Assembly: GCA_051294375.1 (NCBI GenBank) | Contig: JBJCIZ010000239.1 | Coordinates: 1,254,983-1,318,982, forward strand | Length of the DNA: 64,000 nt | Reading direction: 5' to 3' | Source of the DNA: Paraspadella gotoi | Taxonomy: Eukaryota > Animalia > Chaetognatha | Shown: in pieces, positions 1 to 13,000 of the stretch | How positions within the stretch are numbered: position 1 is the first letter of the stretch | Layout: every line of letters begins with the position of its first letter | Notes under the pieces: model-generated | Told to the model about the DNA's origin: nothing | Databases searched by the model: none | What the model saw: the letters and a program-made list of their open reading frames with translations, nothing else | Translations under genes and position numbers: made by a program

Positions 1-429
1 CTAGGTCCGGGTCAAGAGATAAAGAAACAAAAAATAAATCAAAAATTGAAAAAAAAACGAAAAAAAAACAACTTTTAAGACGTTGATGTGACTTACCTAA
101 TTTGTCGAGTTGAGCAACGAAGTTTGGCGGGAAAAAAAAAGAGAGAAGGGGGGAAAATAAAAGGAGAGAGAATTGAAAATGAGATCATTCTTCGACGCAT
201 CCCGATTGGCTTAATTTAAGCCGCGGGATTCGGCCAATTAGGAGGGAGGGAGATTTATCGAATTAGACAGGAGAGAGAGTTTTTTTCATTGGGCAGGGGA
301 TGAAATGCTAAATTTGTTTGTACTCGATATGAATAAATAGACGAACGAAAGATTTCGCGTTGTGTTATTTTATTTTTCACTCCATTATTATATTACTATT
401 ATTATTATTAATATTATTATTATTATTAT

Positions 430-552
430 TGTGATATAAATCCTTTCTTTTCGTTGTTTGGGACGATTAGAGACAGTTTGAGTTTAGTTTTGACAACGAT
501 TTTATTTAATTCAAAACAGACATGTTTCGGCTTCATTTCAAGCCTTCATTAG
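430..552 (-). mobile_element. Third, degenerate copy of the hammerhead mini-element
   Basis: Reverse complement reads CTAATGA-AGGCTT..AAGCC-GAAA-CATGTC-TGTTT...CAACGAAAAGAAAGGATTTATATCACA; the core has a G5-to-A change. Confidence 0.7.
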
Positions 553-592
553 CTAATTATTATCATTAATATTATATTATTATTCATTCCAG

Positions 593-697
593 ATACCACT
601 CCATGTTGATATACACTTACTCCGGCCTCTTCTGCGTCGCGGTCAACCCTTACAAATGGCTGCCCATCTACACCGACAAAATGCGGGACTTTTACAG
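593..697 (+). CDS. Mhc: Myosin II heavy chain, motor-domain exon ([36 protein letters not shown])
   Basis: Manual translation gives the myosin [17 protein letters not shown] motif. Acceptor ccAG at 591-592 and GT donor at 698. Phase joins the next exon. Confidence 0.93.
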
Positions 698-974
698 GTT
701 GAAACGAAACTTTTGATACTCTTTGTTCATTACAAAAAATATTTAATGTTTAATATTTATTAATATTAGTATTAATATATATTTAATATTAATATTTAAT
801 ATTTAATATTTACAGGTTGAAATGAAACTTTTGATACTCTTTGTTCATTACAAAAAAATATTTTCACGGCACCGATGATTAATTTCTGATATTTATATTT
901 ATAATCATATAATTTTTTTTATTTCATTCTTTCATTTGTTTATCCGTTTATCAATCTCGCCTTCCCTTCGTTTA

Positions 975-1730
975 GTCAATCCATCTATCCGTACATACAT
1001 TCATCCATTCATCCATCGATCCTTTCATTCGTTATTCAATCCATTCTTTCATTTATCATACGTCTATTTCTCCATTCATTGATCTTTCCATCCATCCGTC
1101 TATCCATCTTTTTTTTACATTTATCCATTCATCCATCCATCCATCCTTCCTTTCAATCCGTCACTCCATCCTTTAATATTTCCTTTCTTCCACCCATTAA
1201 TCCATCTATATATCCATCCGTCTATCCATCTTCTTTTTACATTCATCCGTTCATCCATCCATCCATCCTTCCTTTCAATCTGTCACTCCATCCTTTAATC
1301 TTTCCTTTCTTCCACCCATTAATCCATCTATATATCAATCCGTCTATCCATCTTATTTTTACATTCATCCATCCCTCTTCCTCTCGTTTTAATCCATCCG
1401 TCTATCCATCCATCCATTCATCCATCCCTCCTTTAATATTTCAATTCTTCCGCCCATTGATTCATCTATATATCCATCCGTCTATCCATCTTCTTTTTAC
1501 ATTCATCCATCCATCTTCTTCTCGTTTTAATCCATCCGTCCATCCATCCATTCATTCATCCATCCTTCCTTTAATATTTTCATTCTACCGCCCATTAATC
1601 CATCTATATATCCATCCGTCTATCCATCTTCTTTTTACATTCATCCATCCATCTTCCTCTCGTTTTAATCCATCCGTCTATCCATTCTTCCGCCCATTAA
1701 TCCATCTATATATCCATCCGTCTACCTTTC
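975..1730. repeat. (CATC)-rich compound minisatellite (unit of about 120 bp)
   Basis: Recurrent CCCATTAATCCATCTATATATCCATCCGTCTATCCATCTTCTTTTTACATTCATCC; explains the spurious 250-aa ORF. Confidence 0.85.
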
Positions 1731-1760
1731 TTTTCTTTTTCCCACCCCTCCCTCCTTCAG

Positions 1761-1879
1761 AGGAAAGCGACGCAACGAAGCGCCCCCCCACCTCTACGCC
1801 ATTTCCGACGGCGCCTATCAATACATGTTGATGGAGAAGAAGAGTCAGTCGATGTTGATAACCGGAGAATCCGGAGCGG
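1761..1879 (+). CDS. Mhc: Myosin II heavy chain exon with P-loop ([40 protein letters not shown])
   Basis: PPHLYAI and P-loop GESGAG motifs; ttcAG acceptor and GT donor at 1880. Confidence 0.95.
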
Positions 1880-2492
1880 GTCCGTGGTCAGGGGGGGGGG
1901 CGGGAATGAAAAAATGGTCACGGGGGTAAAAGAGTCGTTTTGAGTCGTGGGGTCATAGGGTTAATAAGTTGAGGGACTTTTAAGAAATTAAAAAGAATTG
2001 TGCTGCCAATGTGTGTTGCCAATTTTGGATCAAAAAGTCACAGGCTCCAAAGGTCAAGAGCATATATAATATTATATTACATTATGATAGGCCTTAAACC
2101 ATCAAAGCTTGTCCGAAGTCAGGGGCAAGAAATGGATAAATTTTTATATCGGTTGTACCAATTTCATATAATATATGTAATGAATAATTAAAATAGGGTT
2201 TTAAAAAAATTCTCGGTCCCAAAGGATCATGTTGAAAATTAGGAATGTATGGTCAATTAGACAATGGGTAAAAAAAATCATGAGCTCAAAAGATCATGAG
2301 ATGGGGTTAAAGGGTCATAGAATGAAAGGATCATATTATCTTCGGGTCACTCTGTCAAAGGGGACATAGAGAATAAAGTTACGAGTCCCCATGGCTATTG
2401 TGACTTTCCCCATCTCGAGTCACCGACCCTTACCCTCTTCGATCTTAACTTACCCTTACCCATTTGGTATTTCCCCCCCTACCTCGAATCAG

Positions 2493-2703
2493 GCAAAACT
2501 GAAAACACGAAAAAGGTCATTCAATACTTCGCTCTGACGGCGGTAGATAAAAAAGCGGAGCCGGCGGAAGGCGCCGCCGCCGCCGCCGCCGCCGCGGGAG
2601 ACGCTGGAAAGAAAGGCTCCTTGGAGGATCAGATCGTGCAGGCTAACCCGGTGCTGGAGGCCTACGGCAACGCCAAGACGGTCAGGAACAACAATTCGTC
2701 CAG
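2493..2703 (+). CDS. Mhc: Myosin II heavy chain exon, P-loop end, loop 1 and switch 1 ([12 protein letters not shown]...[28 protein letters not shown])
   Basis: Canonical [12 protein letters not shown] and [20 protein letters not shown] motifs; AG at 2491-92 and GT at 2704. Confidence 0.95.
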
Positions 2704-3089
2704 GTGGAGATTGGACGTTTGAGAGTTGTGAAACGGAAAATAGTCGAGAAATGTAACGCTTAATGCTTGACGTTCTCGTTACTTCTGTTTTAATCGTATT
2801 TTTCTTTTATTAATTATTAATATTTCAACTACCCTTCTCCATTTTTTTTCTTTTTTTGCCATTTTTTTTTTAATATTGTTTTTTTTCCCTTTATTGTCTT
2901 TTCTATCTTTTTCTTTTTTTTTCTCTTTTAATTTCTTCCTTTTCTTAATTTACGACACTTTTTTAACTTTGGTTATAATATATAATATAATATATATATA
3001 ATAATAATAATATAATATATAATATATATAATATAATATATATAATAATATATAATATATAATAATAATTATAATATATAATATATTTT

Positions 3090-3325
3090 AGCGGTAGTAT
3101 TTCATATCCCACTACTCGTCCGAGAATCAGCAGCACCTATGGCGCCGGAGGTAGCACGAGCTCCTCCCAACCCAAAGGACTCGGGTTCGCGCCCTGCTGA
3201 TTCACACAAGTAAAAGCGGGATGGGGCGTCTAACCCACCTGTAGTGTCGGACTACACCCCGATCCCAAGTTCGGGACCTTGTGTGCAACGGACGGTGAAC
3301 TGCTCGCGGCATCGTCTTCCGCAAA
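3090..3325 (+). mobile_element. tRNA-headed SINE-like element
   Basis: A-box-like TGGCGCCGGAGG and B-box-like GGTTCGCGCCC; inserted in a (TAATA)n tract; reverse-oriented homologues at 39206 and 42511. Confidence 0.6.
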
Positions 3326-3637
3326 ATAATATATATAATATATAATATAATAATAGTTAATAATCGTCAATCAAAGTCAATTTTCTCCCTCTATCCCTTT
3401 TTTTTTTTTTTTATCTAACTTTTTCAAACTTTTTTTAATAACATTGACCCTCCTACTTATACTCTTTTTATTCTCCTCTTTTCTTCCTTTTTGTAACCTC
3501 TCTCTTTTACCTCTCTTTTACCTCTCTTATTTTATTAACCCCTCTTTTTTTTTGAACCCCTTTGAGCTTTCCGCTTCTCTCCTTCGGTAACGATCGGGGA
3601 ATGCGTAGGCGTGGCCGTGAATAATTCATGGACAGTG

Positions 3638-3711
<74 letters not shown>

Positions 3712-3917
3712 CAGAGAGAAAACTTCTGTTTGGTTGTCAACCAAGGGCCAGGCTGGATCACTTTTTTAAACTTATATAATTTTTTTTTTGTAAACATTTT
3801 TTTTTTTGTGAACAGAAAAATTTTTTTCTTTCGTAATAGTCCGCACCTGGGTCCACAATCTCCATAGTATTTCTCTCGTCATTGTGTTGTCAACTCTTCT
3901 GTATTACTTTTTACAGA

Positions 3918-4080
3918 AGTTACTTTTCGGTCGTTTTATCCGTCGGTCCGTCGGTCCGTCTGTCGGTATGTCTGTCCTCAAATCTAAGGGATTGCTAGCG
4001 CCGCCTTCATGTCACGTCATGTTATGTCATGTCACGAGAAATACCTCGGCGCAACACATTTGACTTACCGTTCTTGTTTT
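3918..4080 (+). mobile_element. Degenerate copy of the Helentron/DINE-like family
   Basis: (CCGTCGGT)n, CTCAAATCTAAG..GCTAGCGCCG and (CATGT)n as in the 23616 copy. Confidence 0.45.
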
Positions 4081-4991
4081 TTTTCATTATTTCTGTCTTT
4101 CCAACTTCCGCCGCAATATTTTTTTTTTAAAAAGTAATAAAGCAAAAACTATTAATAAGAGTAGTACGTGATTCAGTTACTCGACGCCCACGCTCTGTCC
4201 AACCGAGTATTTTTTTTCTTTTCTCCATAAGTTTTACTTTTATTTTCTCCGTTCACATAATCACATTACGATTCACCTTTTCTCTCTCTCTCTCTTTCCT
4301 CGAGATCTTGTTCTCACCCTTGATTCCTCACCCATTTTTCGATTAACTTACTTTTCACCGAATTCCTTTTGTTTTCGAATCTGTTTTATTCACTCTTTAT
4401 TACTTCTTATCACCTTTTTGCTTTTTTCACCCCCTATTTCTCACACCTTTTCTTCAGAACCTTATTCTTTCACACTCACCGTTTTAAGAAATATTGATGT
4501 GAATTAATAGATAGTTCATAAATTAGCAGTCACTGAGCATCGAATCAGGATGTAAAATGGCGCGGGTAACGCGCCCTTTCCCATTTAACCGCTAGGCGGC
4601 CACCTCCTAGAACCCTACACTCCGCTAAAATGACCACTTTGAACGGTTTCATAATGTGGATAAGGCGAAGTTAGCCGAAGATGACTCTCCGCAAATTCTT
4701 AAACCCTCTCTGGCAGCCATGGAACGGGGCGGGTCCCTGGTCTTGGAACCAGGCTTGAGGGTTTTCCACGACCCCCAGGAGGCTTTAGGGCCGTCCTCAC
4801 GCTTCCCGCAGGGTAGGTACGGGTTGGGATTGAACCCGGTACCCACGGTCATGAGCTGATGGCATTACTCAATGAGTCAACGGGTCACGACTGAAGGCGG
4901 GGTGAACTTATGCAATTATACAATTATAATTCACAATACCCCCGTAATATCTCACCTTTCCCCCCCCCTCCTCCCCATCTTAACCTCCAAG

Positions 4992-5211
4992 ATTCGGTAA
5001 GTTCATCCGGATCCACTTCAAACCCAACTGGAAAATCTCCGGCGCTGATGTAGAGACTTATTTGCTGGAGAAGTCCCGCATCACCTTCCAGTTGCCCATC
5101 GAGAGGAACTACCACAATCTTTTATCAGCTGCTGTCGGAGGCCTTTTCCCCAGTTATCACGAGGTCATGACCCTCACAGCCGGATCCGTCGCTGTAAACT
5201 ACATCAACCAG
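4992..5211 (+). CDS. Mhc: Myosin II heavy chain exon (FGKFIRIHF...[21 protein letters not shown]...YINQ), contains apparent indel errors
   Basis: [10 protein letters not shown] and YLLEKSR motifs. The expected HIFYQLL is present but frame-shifted (cacAatcttttatcagctgctg). AG at 4990-91 and GT at 5212. Confidence 0.9.
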
Positions 5212-5239
5212 GTTTTTTTTTTTGTTGAGAGAGAGAGAG

Positions 5240-5312
<73 letters not shown>

Positions 5313-5437
5313 TATACGGTCAATTTTTGTTAAATCAAGTAATCTCGTGGAGGGAAAACAGCCCACGGGGAAGGCTAGTATTTATTTTTGACCTCATAAA
5401 AGAACAAATTGGTTTTTTTTTTTTAGGGAAGTTTTGT

Positions 5438-5536
<99 letters not shown>

Positions 5537-5937
5537 TTTTATGTTTTGTTTTCACGAGACAGAAGGTGATATAAAGTTTGTTGTGATTCGTGTAGAATGG
5601 TATAAAATAACTTTAGCCACACATTAGCCCTTGCTTCGAATGTCACGGTCAGCAAAAATGAAAGTTTATAAATATAATCACCGATTCCAAACGATTTAAA
5701 AATTAATGTAAATCCAAGGCGGTGATATTGACAATGTTTTAACCTCGGTAACTTCGAACTTCATACGAATTTTTTTAAAAAAATTAGTTACTAACACGAA
5801 ATGGCTCGTGGGGTTCTCATTTCCTCCTCCCGGTATTTTCCCCTTCGACTTTTCGTGTTTTTATCTTTGGCCGCAAAAGAAAGTTTTTTTTTTTTTGCTC
5901 GAACTCGAATTGGTGACAAATTGAAGAGGGACTCTCG

Positions 5938-5970
<33 letters not shown>

Positions 5971-6098
5971 CTCTCCTCTCTCTCCTCCTCCTCTCCTCTC
6001 GCTCTCGCTCTCTCTCGCTCTTTCTCAATAGGAAGACTTTGAGTTGGATTCTCGCGCGGTGTTGAGTTTATCAGTCCATGAAAGATGAGAAAACCGAG

Positions 6099-6176
<78 letters not shown>

Positions 6177-6289
6177 TTGATTAATGAAAGAGGTCAGTCT
6201 TCAAAGCACTAAAAAAATGAGGGAAAAGCTCTCTCTCCTTTGGCTTCAGCGCTGGATTAAAAAGAAGTTGAACTTTCAGTCAAGACCCT

Positions 6290-6729
6290 AATCCCTCTAC
6301 CCCTAATCCATTCTCTCTACCATCCCATCTTCATCTCTTATAGCCCTTCTCCTATCTCTCCTCACTCCATACTTCCACTCTTAAGCCCATTTTACCATTT
6401 CTCCATCCCTTCTTCATCTCTTAAGCCCCTTATCTCCCATCTCTCCATCACTCATCCTTTCTATCTCTTAGCCCATTATCTATCTCTCCACATCCATCTT
6501 CATCCCTCTAAGCCTTCTCCACTCTCCATCACTCCATCTCTTAAGCCCATTATTCCATCTCTTCATCCCATCTCCATCTCTTAAGCCCCTTCTCACCCTC
6601 TCCCCTTCATTCCATCCCTCTCCATCTCTTAAGNNNNNNNNNNNNNNNNNNNNNNNNNACAAAGAAAGTTTTTTTTTTTTTGCTCGAACTCGAATTGGTG
6701 ACAAATTGAAGAGGGGAGACTCTCGCTCG

Positions 6730-6805
<76 letters not shown>

Positions 6806-6893
6806 CGCTCTCTCTCGCTCTTTCAATAGGAAGACTTTGAGTTGGATTCTCGCGCGGTGTTGAGTTTATCAGTCAATGAAAGATGAGAAAACC

Positions 6894-6978
<85 letters not shown>

Positions 6979-7560
6979 TTGATTAATGAAAGAGGATCAG
7001 TCTTCAAAGCACTAAAAAAAAATGAGGGAGAAAGCTCTCTCTCTCGCTTTGGCTTCAGGCTGGATTAAAAAGAAGTTGAACTTTCTAGTCCATCAGACCC
7101 TACCCCTTACCCCCTCCATCTCTCATCCCATCTTCATCTCTTAAGCCTTCTCCTATCTCTCCCCTCACTCCATACTTCCATCTCTTAAGCCCATATTTAC
7201 CATTTCTCCATCCCTTCTTCATCTCTAAGCCCCTTCTCCCATCTCTCCATCACTCCATCCTTCTATCTCTTAAGCCCATTATTCTATCTCTCCCATCCAT
7301 CTTCATACTCTTAAGCCCTTCTCCCATCTCTCCATCACTCCATCTCTTAAGCCATTATTCCATCTCTTCATCCCATCTCCCATCTCTTAAGCCCACTCCT
7401 CCCCTCTCCTCATTCCATCCCCTCCATCTCTTAAGCCCATTATTCCATCTCTCCTCTCCCCTCCTATCTCCATCTCATTAAGGCTCCATAATTGCCATCC
7501 ATCTCATCATCTCCATTCTTAAGCCATTGTAACCTTCTTCTATCTCTCCCGCCTCATCCA
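6290..7560. repeat. Pyrimidine-rich CCATCTCTTAAGCCC minisatellite (two blocks, part of a duplicated segment)
   Basis: Motif repeated many times at 6290-6633 and 7100-7560. Confidence 0.75.
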
Positions 7561-9094
7561 TCACTTGGTCACTCCCCCAGTCTCGTTAGAGCCGCATTTC
7601 GAACCAGTCTCTTACCTTCCACCCCTCTCCACCCGCCGCCGCCCCGGACACGCCCATCAACTCTCGAGCCGGTCGAGACACTTTGGGTCCGGGAATTCCG
7701 AGAGGTCGTTCGCCCCTTTGAGGTTGGAAAGGTCAAGAGGTCGATAGGTCAGAGGATCGAGAGGTCAGAGGATCGAGAGGTCAGAGATCGTTGGTCACTG
7801 ATTTGATCTTCTTTAAACTGAAAAATAAAACATTTTTTTTATATCGGAGTTTTGCTATCGATATTGTAATAAAAATGTAGCTAAAAACGATGAGATCATA
7901 TTTAGAGTTTTGCGTTTTAACGATAAAAATGTAGAAAACTATTAACTACGTATATTTTTAATATAAAAAAAAACAAAATTAAAAGGTGAGGCGATAAAAC
8001 CTTGACATTTTGGTTTACAGTTTAAATTCGTTTTCATCGAATTTATTTTGTAGCAGAGTTACTGGTGGTTTATTTTAAATCTAGTTCTTTAATCTGATTT
8101 ACATATTGTAGCAATTCAGAATATTTCTCATATCGTTTGAATCGGTTTTAATAAAAATCTTATTTTACATTTTTACAGATTTTTTAAATAAGATTTTATA
8201 ATGATTTAATTTTATATATAATATTAAGATATTTAATATTTTTTTTACTCTAAGGAAGGTTAGAATTCAAGTACCCAGTATCGGCGACATCGCCAATTTA
8301 GTCACGTGACTGTGAATCAGATACGTAAAACGTCAAAAGTGAATCCTAAATTGACGCCGTGATATCCGAGGCGCTACTGTAGCCTGAGGCGCCGAAAATA
8401 CGCGCCGGTTTAAGGGCGTCGCCTTATTCGGCGTCATGGGCGCCGCTCGAAACCATTTTCACGCAGGAACTGAGTCGCGGGTGAAGGATTTTCACGGGAC
8501 GTGAATCGAATCCCAGTTTTCCTTGCGGATGAAGAGAAGGAGAGAAGGAGAGAGAACCGAGAGAGGATGAGAAGAGAGAGAGAGAGAAGAGAGAGAGATG
8601 GAGAGAGAGAGAGAGACAGAAAGAAGGTAAACAAAATGAAGAAAGAGCGCGGACGTGAAAGGGTGCTGACAAGTAAGCGTTCACGAGGGAAGAGTACGGA
8701 CCTCGGGCTAAGAGGTATTAGCAGAGGTTAATGAAAAACCCGACGGCCGCCAAAATCCAAAGCGGGGGTAGTTAAGAGGGGGTCAAAGTAAGGCAGCAAA
8801 AAGGGGAAAGGAGAAGGGGAAAAAAAAATGTTGAGGCCTGAGGAACCGAACAAAAATTCTCAGAGAGGAGGGAAAAATAACTGCGCTGAGTGAAACTGAT
8901 TTAGACCAAAATGAAAGAAATTGTCGTCGTTTGGGAGAATAAACGAATAAGCGAGTGAACAGATGCGTTCGAGTAAAAAAAGAACAACTGGGATTTTCTG
9001 GTTTATTCGATTAAATCGCTATGTTAAACCAATTTTATATAATTAAGACTCGATGCCATTCGCGTAAAATGAAAGTCAAAAGGAAAAGACTATG

Positions 9095-9660
9095 AATTGG
9101 TACACCAATTATAAAATATCCCATTCTTATAATAAGGCTATCTTTGTCCCCTCGATTGGAAGGCTTTGGGTGGTTTAATGCCTCCATCACTCTTACAGAG
9201 ATAATGAGCTAGCAGGTCCTGCAACGCCTTTCATATCAGACTCTCTACAGTCCTCGTTTATCAACTCCCCAGTAGTACTGGCTTCCCCCCTATCAATGAC
9301 ATGATAATATTGGCATAAGAATGTTTCAATGTATGAAAAGACCACCCCTAAGATATTAGATCGGGATATACTTATTGTATCCGCAGCTAGCATCAAAATA
9401 CAAAGGAGACTGAATTTTATGAAATGTAACAACCATATAAAAATTATCCATCTCATAATAAATAAGCTATCTTGGCCCCTGACTTGGACAGGCTTGGTGT
9501 TTAAGCCTCCATCACTTTACAAGATAAGACCATAGCAGTACTGCAAGCTTTCAAATCCAAGACTCCTCCTCACAGTCTCGTTTATTCCATGCCAGAGCTA
9601 CCTGCTTCCTATTCAATGAATGGTGTCTATAATTTTCAAAGAATGTTTCAATTGGGTATG
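9095..9660 (+). repeat. Unclassified interspersed repeat of about 330 bp, two tandem units
   Basis: Core AAGCTATCTTGCCCCTGACTTTGGACAGGCTTTGGTGGTTTAAG.CCTCCATCACTCTTACAAGATAATGACATAGCAGG. Recurs at 2090 (minus), 16055 (two units), 20795, 27215, 42005, 45255, 53917 (minus) and 59892. Confidence 0.75.
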
Positions 9661-10099
9661 TTGCAACAAAAATTAAAATAAACTAAAAAAATTGGCAGCT
9701 TTGGAAAGTGAAGTGAATACAAATGAGCGGCCATAAAAAATATAAGCTCTGAAGCCATTAATATGCTAATTTAAGCAATGAGATGGTGTAAGGAGGAGTT
9801 CGGATATAAACATTAAAGCAAATTCATAATGATCAAAGAGATACTACAACGGATCATATTCCACAAACGAAAGCTTTTAAATATAGATCATATCCTTGAC
9901 GGAAGATCGAGCCCTGATTTATTTCTTCATCCATCTTTACATCTCTCTTCTGATTCTGATTTAATTATCGGTTGTCTTTTTTTCTTTTTTTTCTCTCCTT
10001 TTGCCAAGAATCTTAATCTTTAGCTTCCATTCTGTGGTTCGGATATGACAAGGTGAATAAATGGAATATACCTGTACAAAGCTAAAAATAAAAATCCAA

Positions 10100-13000
10100 A
10101 CCAATACTTATGACCAAATATTCCTGTTTAGAGTTTGTAAGTTTTGTTGGGCTTTTGTTGTCTGTGTAGGGGTAACAACCAGCTGTACCGGAAGGCGGAT
10201 CAGAAGTCACCATAACCACATACCATACGGACTGGCCCAGACGGAGAGCGGGGCGCGACTCCCCGGGGCGAAGCATCATTCGGGTCGGGGGGGTCCAGAG
10301 AATGTCGTGGCTTTGGGGGTCGTGGAGGAAACTGAAGGCGAATTCAACGTCCATTGGGGAGCAGTATGTTTAGATGTTAAAGATCTGGAGAGGAAGGAGG
10401 GGCTGGGTGATTTTTTTCTTTTTTTCCCCCTTTTTTTTACTTTTTTCATTTTTTTCTTTTAATTCTTTCCTTTTCTGTACTTATCCTTTTCTTTTCTTTC
10501 CCTTTTTTTTGCTTTTCCATTCTTCTTTTCTTTTTTATTTTCTCTCCTCACCTCCATTATTTTCGGCGATATCTTCCCTCCTCTGTACCGATCCCTGTTC
10601 TTTCCGACAATCAAAGGACCGAAATTGATTAAAACTCCCGACGCCAATACAGAATTTCCTTGTGAACGATTTCGTTTTCTTCCTTCTTAATTTTCTTTCG
10701 ATTCTAAAAAAACTTAAAATAAGTTTCTTTTCTCTCTCTCTCTCTCTCTCTCTCTTCTTCTCTCTCATCTCTCTCTCTCTCTTCTCTCTTCTCTCTCTCT
10801 CTCTCTCTCTCTCTCCACCTGAAGACGTATCTTGGATCCTCTGAGATGGCGGGGAAGGCGCTGATGCCGCGGCCAGTCGACACCTTAGCGGCGCGCGTCC
10901 CGACCAACTCCCGAAGTTGTGAGCGAGGTTGTCGAAAGGCAGCCCAACTCTTCGGAATTGAAGCGGAGGCGGAGTAGGAATCTCCGACTCGGGGGAATGA
11001 CCCATCGGAAGGTGGTTCAGTCTGGGGGTGGAGAGAGACCAGAGAGACGAAAGAGAGAGGATGAAGAGAGAGATGAGAAAGAGAGAGAGAGGAAGAGAGA
11101 CGAGAGAGAGGAGAGTCAGGAGGAAATGACATACCAATTAGTCATTTACAACGGAGAAACATGAATAATAATTTGTGTGCATTAAATACAAAGTATATTT
11201 AGTGGTAAATTAAGCAGTGCAAAGCAAGCAAAATAGTAAAGCTCAATATTGCTCAAGTTAGTACGATCTTGTTTTTATTACATAAATATCTGATTGAAAT
11301 CGAACCCAAAACCATAAAAACGAGAAAAGATGAGAAAACTCCTGAAAACCAAAACCGAGAGACTCACGGTTCCAAGTGAAGACTCTCTCTCGGGGCCTCC
11401 GCCCTTCCAAGGCACCCACCCCGACCTCCGTGGCCTCTCCGGGCCACTGACGCCAGCTTGCCAGCAGAGCTTCAGCCGGTCAATCCGGCGACTATTCGTG
11501 GGGCGTTGATGATTGTTCAACAAGGGGGCTCAAATATGGGACGAGGACCGGCAGGAAACGCGCGCCGGCGACGCCGAGCCGTGAGCGCGGCCGTGGGCGC
11601 ATGGAGGAGGGGCAGAGAGCGACGCGCGGTCGGGTGTCAGCAGTAGCGGCGACGGAAAAAGCGCGTGCCCGTTGGAGTTTAGTGCTGCGTGGATGAGGTC
11701 GCGCGGCGGGAAAGTGCGGTCGAGTCGGGTTTAGTTTCGCATTTGGGGGGGGGAATCTGACGGCATGGCAAGGGGCGTACGGTGGGTGAGGTTTATTAAA
11801 AAAGAGTCATATACGAAATCGAAACACTTGACTTCCGGACATTGCGCACTGTGAAAAGTAAACAGAACGAACTTTGAAATTCCTTTTGTCCCGGCGCCGA
11901 GAGGGACCTTACCTTTGAGGTGACTCACAGTTAACTCACCACTTAATTTTGTGTCATGGCTCACTTGGTCTCCACTTCGGGAGACGGGCGTCGACGGTTC
12001 TCGCTCTGCGTGCACCTCCATCTTCCTCTGTCGTCCGCGGTTTCGCATTCTGTCAAGAATCATCATTTATTTATTGTTTTATCTTTGGACTTGTATTGTC
12101 ATTTATATGTTTAAGCACCATTTAACGCTTTTTTAATAGGCTAATTATATCTACTTGCCTTTTCCTCTCTCTCTACTTCCGCTCACCCGTTTTCTCCCCT
12201 CGCCGACGGCCTCGTCTTGGGCCGTCTGATCGGTCGATAGCCTACCGGGCGACTGCCTCTACCGGTGCGGCTCTTCCGCCGCGGCCGCGTCGGCACAGTC
12301 ACCGTTGCCGACGCCGCATGTTCCGTCTCGTTGTTGGCGGAGCGTCGCCGTCCTCGTGACGTTGGTGTCGCCGGGGAACGCCGGCGCCATCTTGGTAGCG
12401 TCTGACAGAAAAAGTTAGCTCTGAGTCTTGCTCTCTCTCATCAAATCACAACCTCACCTCCCTTACCAGGTTAGCAAATTGGGATCCTTCCGGAAGGTCC
12501 GGCCATGAAAGACGAAGGTGACCGATGAAGCGGTCGAGAAGGGTAGGGAAAGCGGCGTTGATGCGTTTGACAGGAAGTGGCTCGTAGTGGAAAAGCGTCG
12601 CCGGGGCCGGAATGGGCCGGGACCATTGGGGTCCCAGGCCCAACACTTCGAGCACTTCCTCCACGGGCGGGGGGCTTCTTGCCCGAGAATCTTCGGGAGG
12701 TGTGAGGAATCGCGAGGGCGCAACGACTTTCGACAAACTATGTTGAGGGAGCGGCCCCTATGTGTCCTGCAGGCCGACGGGCCGCTGGAGCGTCGTCGGA
12801 GGTGGTGCCGCCCATTTCGCGCTCGCGGGTGCCGGAGCCTTTTGGGAAGGAGAGATATGTTCAAGAAGTTAAATCGGCCAAACACCTCTTTTCCGTGCTA
12901 CCGACCCCGCGGTGCACGCTGGGGGCGCAAGAGACATCAGCGCCCGCCAGCGTCTGACGCGCCCTCTGTCGTATGTTCAGCGGTCCGTCGGTTCCCGTCG

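Noticed and set aside
1079-1831. 250-aa ORF (HPSI-rich)
   Set aside because: Translation of a CATC minisatellite in a myosin intron; the real exon (1761-1879) is in another frame.
3130-3200. tRNA gene
   Set aside because: A/B boxes are degenerate (GTTCGC), there is no clean cloverleaf, and it is embedded in a dispersed repeat; treated as a SINE head.
4992-5211. Myosin pseudogene call because of frameshifts
   Set aside because: Indels cluster in homopolymers within a long-read-filled stretch, and the other ten exons are intact and in phase.
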